From Candidatus Poribacteria bacterium (GTDB lineage: Bacteria; Poribacteria; WGA-4E; PCPOR2b), in assembly GCA_965198175.1 (NCBI GenBank), contig OZ240245.1, positions 2,160,164 through 2,224,163 on the forward strand: a stretch of DNA of 64,000 nt, given 5' to 3'. The position numbers and the translations under genes are program-made. Positions 40,852-49,511 of the stretch are shown here, one piece after another. Within the stretch, counting starts at the first letter, position 1; each line of letters opens with the position of its first letter. The notes under the pieces were generated by a model. That model ran no database searches and had not been told where the DNA came from. It saw only the letters and a program-made list of their open reading frames with translations.

Positions 40852-41709
40852 ATGAAAACGTTAATTTCGACTTTACTGATGACCGCGTTGGTCACCGCTT
40901 TCTGCTCTGGAGAAGCCAAAGCAGCCGTAGACAAAGACATAGTGCTTGCCATGCCGTTTGATGAAGGCAGAGGCGAAACTACCAAGGACCTCTCTCCCCA
41001 CGGGAACCACGGCACGCTTAAAAGGAGAGCGAAATGGGGAGTTGGTAAATTTGGCAACGCCATACAGTTCGAGCCGGTTGGCTATGTGGATGCCGGAAAT
41101 GATGAGAGTCTGAGTCTGTTTAAATCAGATTTCACGCTTGCCGTGTGGTTTAACTTGAACGAAACTGTCGGCAAATACGCCTTTATGGCTCAGGACGAAG
41201 GTCGCGGGGAAATGAACAAATGGATTCTTGGAATAAATTTACCCGACTCAAATCCCGCCCTGACGAGTCTCGGTTTACATTCCACTGTCGTTATCAATCG
41301 AGACGGCGGCGTCACATTTATCAGTAAGAAAGAATCTGGACCCGGCGATTGGAACGCGAAGCCTAAGACATGGCGTCACTTCGCTGTGGTCCGAGAGAGG
41401 CACCTCACCACGACGTACACTGATGGCAAACAAAACGGGTGGCATAGAACTTCTATTGATCCCCACGAAGAGGACAACGTTATGGCAGAATTCATCAATG
41501 CACCGGTCGCAATCGGTTGGGCCGAACGACCCATTGCAATGGACGGACTTATTGACGAAGTCCTGATTGCGAGGCGAGCCTTCAGCGCTGAAGAGATTAC
41601 AAAACACTTCCAAGGCGGCGTCAAAGGCGTGTTGGGGGTGTTGGCAGTTCAGCCCGAAGGGAAGTCCGCCGCCGCCTGGGGCGCCGTCAAGGCGAACATT
41701 CTGCACTGA
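40852..41709 (+). CDS. Secreted LamG/concanavalin-like domain protein
   Basis: FDEGRG..KDLSPHGNHG, GKFGNAI, WRHFAVV, GLIDEV; tail AVQPEGKSAAAWGAVK. Confidence 0.88.
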   Translation: MKTLISTLLMTALVTAFCSGEAKAAVDKDIVLAMPFDEGRGETTKDLSPHGNHGTLKRRAKWGVGKFGNAIQFEPVGYVDAGNDESLSLFKSDFTLAVWFNLNETVGKYAFMAQDEGRGEMNKWILGINLPDSNPALTSLGLHSTVVINRDGGVTFISKKESGPGDWNAKPKTWRHFAVVRERHLTTTYTDGKQNGWHRTSIDPHEEDNVMAEFINAPVAIGWAERPIAMDGLIDEVLIARRAFSAEEITKHFQGGVKGVLGVLAVQPEGKSAAAWGAVKANILH

Positions 41710-41867
41710 GATTTTCAATCATAGACCTATTACCTATTAAGGTGAAATAACCAATGAAAGCGTTACTTTTATCATGCCTAGTCAGAACATTACTTTCTCA
41801 GATTGAAAAAATCAAACTGCATAACGGTCTGCAGTGGTCATAAGATTTTTCTTAAGCAAGGCAGGAG

Positions 41868-41969
41868 TTAGAGCCTGTTTGAAAAGCAGCTAGCACAGCC
41901 ATTGTTTAATCGTTTGAAAATCAACATCATTCAATATACAGGGATTTGGACCATTTGAACCGGCTCTAA
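41868..41969. mobile_element. About 100-bp MITE/IS scar with IS5-like ends
   Basis: TTAGAGCCTGTTTGAA ... TTTGAACCGGCTCTAA imperfect IR (13/16). Confidence 0.5.
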
Positions 41970-42041
41970 ATCCGAGGTTGGGCTCAAAAATTAGAAATCG
42001 AATCGATATACCCATAAACTCAAACATGGAGGATTATTCCA

Positions 42042-44240
42042 ATGAAGAAAGCGATGTTTTTCAAGTTTAACCTATTATTCGTCTTCGCTCTATGTTTACC
42101 GCACAGCTTCGCCCAAGATTCTCCGCAATTGGGGCTGCCAGAGGGTGCTAAAACGCGCCTCGGTAAAGGAATTTTTAATCTGATACAGTATTCGCCCGAC
42201 GGCACTCGCCTCGCGGTCGCCAGTGGTATCGGCACTTGGCTTTACGATGCGGCGACCCATCAAGAAGTCGCTCTGCTCACCGGGCACACGGGTAGGGTCT
42301 GGAGCGTATCGTTCAGTCCCGATGGACGCAAAATAGCTAGCGGGAGTTTGGACCGTACCGTCCGTCTGTGGGACACCGGTACAGGAGAACACCTGCACAC
42401 GCTTACCAGGCATGTCGGCAGTGTCTATAGCGTTGCATTCAGTCCCGATGGTCGCACCTTGGCTAGTGGAGGTGAGTCCCCTACCATCCACCTCTGGGAC
42501 GCCGATACCGGAGAACACCTGCGTACGTTTACCGCCCATACGGATGACGTTTGGAGCGTGGCGTTCAGTCCGGATGGTCGCACAATCGCCAGCGGAAGTT
42601 CGGATGAAACCATCCGTCTGTGGGATGCCGATACGGGCGAACGCTTGCGAACACTCAAGGGACATACGCATGCGGTCTGGAGCGTGGCGTTCAGTCCCGA
42701 TGGTCGCACAATCGCCAGTGGGAGTTGGGACAAAACCGTCCGTTGGTGGGACGCTGATACGGGAAGACCCCTGCGAAAGCGCATCGGGCATACGGGTACG
42801 GTCTGGAGCGTTGCGTTCAGTCCCGATGGTCGCACCATCGCTAGTGGGGGTAAGACCACTATCCGTCTGTGGAACGCCGATACCGGAAAACACCTGCAAA
42901 CACTCATCGGGCATACGAATTATGTTAGGAGCGTTGCGTACAGCCCCGATGGACGCACCATCGCAAGCGGGAGTTGGGACAGTACCATCCGCCTGTGGGA
43001 CGCAGATAAGGGAAAACAACTGCGAACGCTTGAGGGGCATACGGGTAGCGTCCATAGCGTTGCATTCAGTCCGGATGGCAGCACCATTGCTAGTGGGATT
43101 CGCGGTGACAGCACCATCCGACTGTGGGACGCAGATAAGGGAAAACAACTGCGAACGCTCACTGGGTCGGGTTGGGTCTATAGCGTAGCGTTCAGTCCCG
43201 ATGGCGACACCATCGCTAGTGGGAGCTCCGACGATACCATCCGATTATGGAACGCGCAAACGGGAGAACATCTACAGATGTTCATTGGGCATTTGGGGAC
43301 GGTCTATAGCGTAGCGTTCAATCCCGAAGGCACCAGGTTAGCCAGCGGGGGTTGGGACGACACTATCCAGTTATGGGACCTCAACAAGGGAAAACACCGG
43401 CGAACGCTCACCGGGCATAGGAACCACGTCTATAGCGTTGCGTTCAGTCCCGATGGACGCACACTCGCTAGCGGGAGTTGGGACGACACTATCCGTCTGT
43501 GGAACGCCGGTGGTAAACATCTGCTAACGCTCAACGGGCACAGGAATCAGGTAAACGACATAGCGTTCAGCCCCGATGGACATACGATTGCTAGTGGGAG
43601 TTGGGACACTACCATTCGATTGTGGGACGTTGATACGGGAGTACACCTCCGCACGCTCAACGGGCATGCGTTTGGGGTCTATAGCGTCGCTTTCAGTCCT
43701 GATGGACGCACAATAGCTAGTGGAGGTCATGATGCCACCGTCCGATTATGGGACGCCGACACAGGAGAACACCTCCGCACGCTCAACGGGCATACAGATG
43801 AGGTTCGCAGCGTTGCGTTTAGTCCCGACGGGCGCACACTCGCGAGTGGGAGCTGGGACGGCACGGTGTTGCTTTGGGAAGTTGCTTCTTCAATCCAATT
43901 AGCGGTGGAACCGTTGGCAAGACGCACCACGACTCTGGGAAACATCAAACGCACGGCGTTGCTGCAGAATTATCCGAATCCGTTCAACCCCGAAACTTGG
44001 ATTCCTTATCAGTTGGCAAACGATTCACTCGTAACCTTGTGCATCTATGACCAGAGCGGTCGTATCGTCCGCACCCTCGACATTGGACGTCAAGTTTCAG
44101 GAGTCTACCGAGACAGAGCAAAAGCAGCGTATTGGGATGGCCGCAACCAAACCGGAGAACCCGTCACGAGCGGCGCCTATTTCTATCAACTCCGTGCGGA
44201 GGATTACAGCGCGTTACGACGGATGGTAATTGTTAAGTAG
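42042..44240 (+). CDS. Secreted WD40-repeat protein (about 14 repeats) with C-terminal FlgD-Ig/T9SS-CTD-like domain
   Basis: Signal peptide; GH..V.SVAFSPDG...SGS.D.TIRLWD repeats; LLQNYPNPFNPETWIPYQL...SGAYFYQL...RRMVIVK. Confidence 0.93.
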   Translation: MKKAMFFKFNLLFVFALCLPHSFAQDSPQLGLPEGAKTRLGKGIFNLIQYSPDGTRLAVASGIGTWLYDAATHQEVALLTGHTGRVWSVSFSPDGRKIASGSLDRTVRLWDTGTGEHLHTLTRHVGSVYSVAFSPDGRTLASGGESPTIHLWDADTGEHLRTFTAHTDDVWSVAFSPDGRTIASGSSDETIRLWDADTGERLRTLKGHTHAVWSVAFSPDGRTIASGSWDKTVRWWDADTGRPLRKRIGHTGTVWSVAFSPDGRTIASGGKTTIRLWNADTGKHLQTLIGHTNYVRSVAYSPDGRTIASGSWDSTIRLWDADKGKQLRTLEGHTGSVHSVAFSPDGSTIASGIRGDSTIRLWDADKGKQLRTLTGSGWVYSVAFSPDGDTIASGSSDDTIRLWNAQTGEHLQMFIGHLGTVYSVAFNPEGTRLASGGWDDTIQLWDLNKGKHRRTLTGHRNHVYSVAFSPDGRTLASGSWDDTIRLWNAGGKHLLTLNGHRNQVNDIAFSPDGHTIASGSWDTTIRLWDVDTGVHLRTLNGHAFGVYSVAFSPDGRTIASGGHDATVRLWDADTGEHLRTLNGHTDEVRSVAFSPDGRTLASGSWDGTVLLWEVASSIQLAVEPLARRTTTLGNIKRTALLQNYPNPFNPETWIPYQLANDSLVTLCIYDQSGRIVRTLDIGRQVSGVYRDRAKAAYWDGRNQTGEPVTSGAYFYQLRAEDYSALRRMVIVK

Positions 44241-44450
44241 GACTACACTGTTGGGGTGATAAACCGAGTATTATTAAACACTGGTTTCTGAAATTGCTTC
44301 GAGTGCTATGATTAGATGCGACTGAGAGTATAAGCACGTAGGTTGGGTTGAAAGGTTTACCCGCCTTGAAATTGTTGGCTGTTTTACATCTAGTTGTTGA
44401 AGGTTATAAGCAGGGCTGCCTTGTCAATCCTAAAATCCCGATTCAGACAA

Positions 44451-44768
44451 AATATGTGATATTGTGTGAGGTTTTGTGACATCCAACGAAGTTTCATCAA
44501 AACTGAAATCCTCTGAACCCCCACGAGAAGTGGACTTCAGCCAATCTCAAATAGATCGTATTTCACATCACGTGACACCTCACAAATATGTGATACAATG
44601 TGACATAAAATTAAGACTTAGCGCACACAATAAATCTTTGAAACTCCATTATAAGCGAGTTCGTGCAGGTTTCGTAGCCGAAAAATATCATATCACAGGC
44701 TACCTCACAAAATGTGACATGGTGTGAGGTAGCCTGTGACATCGAGTTGAGGGTTGGGCAGGTCACAA
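44451..44768. repeat. Cluster of TGTGA/TCACA motifs with a long inverted repeat
   Basis: About 13 pentamers; IR TCACAGGCTACCTCACA/TGTGAGGTAGCCTGTGA at 44693-44739. Confidence 0.7.
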
Positions 44769-45144
44769 ACTAAAATAAAAAACGAGCACATTGTACAACG
44801 GACAAAATCTAATACTTGTCTATTTGCCCACGAGGGGGCTGTGGAATTTCTTCAAACCCAGAGGCTTTTACGTCTCTGGGCATTTTTGTCATTCCATACT
44901 GAATCCAAATGTTACAAAGATAGCTTTGTAGTGGCATCCCTTCGCGTTGTTTATCTTCGAGCGCAGCGATGGGATCAAAGGTCGGCTTTCAATTGCTCTT
45001 TCTTGCAACGATTAAGAATCTGTATCAGATTGCATTCTTCCCTCCTTCTCAACATCACACCCAAAAAATCTCCGAATAAAAAAAGTGCGAATAAATTCCA
45101 AGAAATTTGCCTCTATTAGAGCATAGAGAAACCTTGCTGCTTTA

Positions 45145-45705
45145 ATGGCAATGAATATGGAAATTTCCGATGAAATCTTAGTTCAACACGCACAACAGGG
45201 AGTTGAACGCGCCTTCAGACAGCTAGTCCAGCGATACAACGAACGCATCATCAATGTCTGCTTTCGGATCGTTGGAAACGATCAGGACGCTGAAGAAGCC
45301 GCGATGGACGCATTTCTGGCGTGTTATCAAAGACTCGGTAGCTTTGAAGGACGGTCGCGTTTTTCGACTTGGCTTTATCAGATTGCCCGGCGCTGTGCCT
45401 ACAAACAGATTAGCAGACGTCCGCCGGAAAGTGAATCGATTAACGATCTGGAAATTCCAGAGGACCGTTTGACGATGCAGCCGGACAAAAATTTTCGAGA
45501 ACGCGAAATCCGAGAAAAGGTTGAGCAGGCGGTTGCCTCACTACCGGATCACTTGAAAGAAGTCGTTATCTTCTTCTTCTTAGAGGGCCTTCCCTACCAT
45601 GAAATCTCGGAAATTCTGGAGTGTCCAATCGGAACGGTTGCTTCGCGGATTAACGCCGCGCGTCAACTGTTACAGCGAAAACTTCAACCTTTTGTCGAGG
45701 AGTGA
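45145..45705 (+). CDS. ECF sigma factor
   Basis: DAEEAAMDAF, FSTWLYQIA, LPDHLKEV, YHEISEILECPIGTVASRINAAR. Confidence 0.95.
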   Translation: MAMNMEISDEILVQHAQQGVERAFRQLVQRYNERIINVCFRIVGNDQDAEEAAMDAFLACYQRLGSFEGRSRFSTWLYQIARRCAYKQISRRPPESESINDLEIPEDRLTMQPDKNFREREIREKVEQAVASLPDHLKEVVIFFFLEGLPYHEISEILECPIGTVASRINAARQLLQRKLQPFVEE

Positions 45706-45709
45706 AACC

Positions 45710-46021
45710 ATGGCAACTTTAGACCAGATACTCCTACGTCTGCCCAGAAAAACGCCCCATGCTGATTTTGTGGACAGGTTTTTTGCGCAGATTCGCGGTA
45801 AAGGCACCTTAGCACCTGCACCATCTATAACCCATCAAGATCTATTTCTACTTGAGCCCGACTGGATTGAGTCAGCCCAATCGGCTATGCAGGAAGGTAC
45901 AGAATTCATGCAGACTGAGTCCAATTTTCATCCACCACCGGTATTGCAGAGAGGGTCATCTCCTGACATTTACCGGTTCACTAAGTTAGGTCCACCGAAT
46001 TTTAACCGATTCAGCCCATGA
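45710..46021 (+). CDS. Small protein, possible soluble anti-sigma factor
   Basis: GAGGAG RBS, 4 nt after the sigma stop; LDQILLRLP..TP..DFVDR resembles anti-sigma N-termini; no TM. Confidence 0.5.
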   Translation: MATLDQILLRLPRKTPHADFVDRFFAQIRGKGTLAPAPSITHQDLFLLEPDWIESAQSAMQEGTEFMQTESNFHPPPVLQRGSSPDIYRFTKLGPPNFNRFSP

Positions 46022-46036
46022 AAGGAGAAACTCACT

Positions 46037-48190
46037 ATGATCCTAAAAGAGGCACCGATTATCCGGTGCGACGGAATATTCGACATTATCTTCTACGATA
46101 TCAAAGGGGAAGTCTTTCCCGAAGACCACCGTTTGGCATGTCAGGTTGATGTAACCATTCGCAGTCTAATGAAGGGGTTGGACAAAGTGACATTCGCCTT
46201 GCATCCAACGCTAGAAGTTACTCTGGTGAGGGCGGCGGGTGAAACGCTGGCTTTCGATCGGAATACCAAAGATATTGACCAACATGGGGACGGAAGCGTC
46301 CTGAACATTCATCTAGAACGACCTTTGCAGCATGACGAAGAACTCACAATTACACTCAACTATCACGGTGAATTCATCGTTGGCGTGGATTCACGCTACG
46401 ACGGATACATCGGCGAAGAGGGCGTCTTCATCAGCCCGCACGCTGGCTGGTATCCATACTGTGTTTATGCCGCTGTGCCGAATTATTACCCTGATGTCCC
46501 CTACCTCTTGGAGATGCGTGCCCCATCGGGGTGGATGCTGTTTTTATATCCAGGCGATCCGGAGGTGACAGAACAGAATGGTCAGGTGACTTACCGTTGG
46601 GATTCACGCCAGCCGCACCGGCGACCAAGAGCAAATTGGGGAATAACACTCATCGGTGCGAAGTATCATAAAATTGAGCGGAAAATCGACAACCACAAAC
46701 TAACGTTCTTCAGCCTCGATAAAGATGGCACAGCCATTGATAAATTCCTCAACCTGTTAAACGGATGGTTAGGATGGACGGACAAAATTGGTGACACGGC
46801 TTCGGTGCCGCGCCACATCCAACTAGGAGAGACGGCGCACTTTTTCCAACCCAACCACGCAATGCCATACATCAAATTTTTCTCGCGACAAATGATCGAG
46901 GATTATCCACGCGAGTTGCTGAGGAAGCAATGGTTTGCAAGAGAGGAGATATTGCAGCACTGGGGGGCGCTGTCCGGTGCTAATTTAGCAGGACTATGGA
47001 TGCTTGGGAATTATCTCCATCTCCTGTTTCAGGAGAGTCGAGAGGAGACGCCGGAAGACTGGTTGGCAACAGAGCTAGAAATGCTCTTGCGTAAGTATTT
47101 GAGGTGGCGAATCACGGACCCATGGCTCGGACACAGCGAGCATTTGGCTGGCACCCGAGATCGTTGGATTTTGTGGATGTGGCATCAGATTATCGGCGAT
47201 GAAGCGTTTTATCGCGCTCTCGCTCGTCTGAGTACGGGACCTCTGCCACAGGATCGCCCCCTCACAATGAAAGATTTCTACCAATTGACCAGCGATGAAT
47301 CCGGTATTCCCTTCGATTGGTTTTGGGAGCAGTGGGTCGAAGGGGTTGGTGCAATGCAGTTTTGGTTCGAGAAAACGGTCGTCAAGGCGCGCGACGACGG
47401 CTATTCTGTAGAGGTATGGCTCAATCAAACAGGTGACTTGTATCAGGTGCCGCTTGTGGTGCTATTGCGAACCGAAACAGAGGAAATTCGCCGCCGAATC
47501 TTTATTCGAGAGCGGATGAATCACCTTGTGTTTCGATGCCACGGGAAGCCTTTGGAATTAGAAATCGATCCAGAGAGGAAGGTTTTCAAAGCCTCAACGG
47601 TGAATAGGTGCAAACCCATCGACCTTGGGTTTTCGATTCCTTTTGGAGAGGATAGATGGTCAGAGGTGTTCCGTCACGGAAAACGGCTAGTGATCGCACC
47701 ATCGGAATTGAGATCTGTTGCTGAAGGGTTGCGACCGTATCTGGAAAAGCGAGCTCGGCATTCGCCGCAGATTGTCAGTGCCGACCCGAATTTTGATCGA
47801 AGCCGGCGGTTTAGGGTTCCTGTGGAAATTCTTACGCCTGACGAAGTCAATGCTGACATGTTGAAGGCGCATAATCTGGTTTTGGTTGGAATACCGCAAA
47901 ATAACCCACTCATTGAAGAATATGCGCTTGACTCGCTTAGCTTTGGCGCGGACCGAATCGTCGCAGGAGAAATTGTGATTGATAATACCGACCAAGCCTT
48001 AATCGCTCTTGGTGAACATCCGATAAACCCAGAACGATTCTGTTTGCACGTCACAGGCTTATCAAACGAAGCGATTCAGGAACCACCCGACTTCACAGAG
48101 ATGCCCGGCGATTTCCTCATTTATCGCAGCGGAAAGGCGTTGAGGGTCGGCTATCGGAAGCCGTACCGGCTGAAGTGTAAGCTGCAATGA
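46037..48190 (+). CDS. M1 aminopeptidase-like protein lacking HEXXH
   Basis: M1-like N-domain (LNYHG, WYP), IIGDEAFYRAL, FDWFWEQWV, EIDPERKVF; FAREEILQHWG where AHExxHQW is expected. Confidence 0.7.
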   Translation: MILKEAPIIRCDGIFDIIFYDIKGEVFPEDHRLACQVDVTIRSLMKGLDKVTFALHPTLEVTLVRAAGETLAFDRNTKDIDQHGDGSVLNIHLERPLQHDEELTITLNYHGEFIVGVDSRYDGYIGEEGVFISPHAGWYPYCVYAAVPNYYPDVPYLLEMRAPSGWMLFLYPGDPEVTEQNGQVTYRWDSRQPHRRPRANWGITLIGAKYHKIERKIDNHKLTFFSLDKDGTAIDKFLNLLNGWLGWTDKIGDTASVPRHIQLGETAHFFQPNHAMPYIKFFSRQMIEDYPRELLRKQWFAREEILQHWGALSGANLAGLWMLGNYLHLLFQESREETPEDWLATELEMLLRKYLRWRITDPWLGHSEHLAGTRDRWILWMWHQIIGDEAFYRALARLSTGPLPQDRPLTMKDFYQLTSDESGIPFDWFWEQWVEGVGAMQFWFEKTVVKARDDGYSVEVWLNQTGDLYQVPLVVLLRTETEEIRRRIFIRERMNHLVFRCHGKPLELEIDPERKVFKASTVNRCKPIDLGFSIPFGEDRWSEVFRHGKRLVIAPSELRSVAEGLRPYLEKRARHSPQIVSADPNFDRSRRFRVPVEILTPDEVNADMLKAHNLVLVGIPQNNPLIEEYALDSLSFGADRIVAGEIVIDNTDQALIALGEHPINPERFCLHVTGLSNEAIQEPPDFTEMPGDFLIYRSGKALRVGYRKPYRLKCKLQ

Positions 48191-48260
48191 ACAACATAGG
48201 TTTCTATCACAATTGGGGACACCGATTTAACAATTTTGGAATCCATAGTTCGAGAGCAAT

Positions 48261-48447
48261 GTAGGATGGCTTGAGATCAACTGAGCGAATAGATCAATCG
48301 ACCGAATAGGGAGTGCGATAGAAGACTATGGCGATAGTTTTTCCCGAAACCCAACGATCAACTGAGCGAATAGCGAAGGCGATAGTCTTGTCCGACAGAA
48401 TTATCGCAGGTCTACACTATCGCCTTCACTATTCGCTCAGTTGATCC
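48261..48447. repeat. Composite REP-related repeat between convergent genes
   Basis: GTAGGATGGCTTGA...GAAACCCAAC plus several copies of GATCAACTGAGCGAATAGCGAAGGCGATAGT in both orientations. Confidence 0.7.
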
Positions 48448-48640
48448 CTTATCAAGGGGGTATCTGAATGTGTGTAAATATAAAAGTAAATGGCTGAAAA
48501 GCCTCTGTCGACGTAGGAAAAGCAGTAACCTGTATCTGTCAGCGGGCAACAGCATCGCGGGGCGGCGGGAACCAACAAAAAGGGATTGAGAAATTCCAAT
48601 TCCGATGACGCCAGCTTATTTTGTGAGGGCGGTGTCTCCA

Positions 48641-49408
48641 TCAAACAGTAACATTGCAAGTATCAAAAGCCGTTTGCATTGCCGCGATGGCATCGCCCTT
48701 CGGAGTAAACTCATGACCGACATAGAGATTATAGCTGGTTTCCGCAATCGCACGCATGACCCCCGGATAGTAAATCTCCTGCGTGTCGTCTAGGTCGTTA
48801 CGCCCCGGATTCCCCGCTGTGTGAAAATGTCCGATATACTCGATGTTTTCCCGGATCGTGCGGATGAGATCGCCCTCCATAATCTGCATGTGGTAGATGT
48901 CGTAGAGTAGCTTAACTCGCGGGGAATTGACACCCTTGCAAACCGAAACGCCCCATGCGGTGCTGTCGGACTGATTGTCTGGGTGATCTACTTTGCTGTT
49001 GAGCAACTCGATGCAAAGGTTGACACTGTTTTCCTCGGCTGTTTTTGTAACCCGCAGCAGCCCCTCTATGGTGTTATCCCGTCCTTCCTTGTCCGACTTC
49101 CCGTCTCGGTTGCCCGATAAACAGATGAGACCGGGGATGTCATTCGCCGCGGCGAGTTCAATATTCGCTAGCAATTCCTGCTCGATTCGATTGTGATTTT
49201 CGCGTTTATTCAGCCCGTCGGGCAGCGATTTGTGTCCAACGATTATGGCAACACGCATTCCATTCTCTCGTACAAAATCCCAGTATTCTTGACTGAGCAT
49301 CTCGACGGATTTGTAGCCGATTTTTGCAGCTTCGCGAATCACTAGTTCCGGCGGCGCGCCGCCGCGGGTGAAACAGCCAAAAACGATCGATTGGTTGATT
49401 GAACCCAT
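48641..49408 (-). CDS. Hydroxypyruvate isomerase family TIM-barrel protein
   Basis: IELLNSKVDH, LLYDIYHMQIMEG, HFHTAGNPGR, GHEF. Confidence 0.92.
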   Translation of the reverse strand: MGSINQSIVFGCFTRGGAPPELVIREAAKIGYKSVEMLSQEYWDFVRENGMRVAIIVGHKSLPDGLNKRENHNRIEQELLANIELAAANDIPGLICLSGNRDGKSDKEGRDNTIEGLLRVTKTAEENSVNLCIELLNSKVDHPDNQSDSTAWGVSVCKGVNSPRVKLLYDIYHMQIMEGDLIRTIRENIEYIGHFHTAGNPGRNDLDDTQEIYYPGVMRAIAETSYNLYVGHEFTPKGDAIAAMQTAFDTCNVTV

Positions 49409-49511
49409 TTTTTCTCCTTTCGGTTACTGAGAAAGTTGCTAACGCTCAGAGAAATTTACGCACAAGCATACGCAACATAACGTTGTAGCTGAGAGAAACC
49501 GGATTGCTGGT

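Noticed and set aside
42096-43954. Long antisense and alternate-frame ORFs over the WD40 gene
   Set aside because: Shadows produced by repeat periodicity.
31500-48450. CRISPR array
   Set aside because: Repeats are REP hairpins, promoter modules or coding repeats; no regular repeat-spacer pattern and no cas genes.
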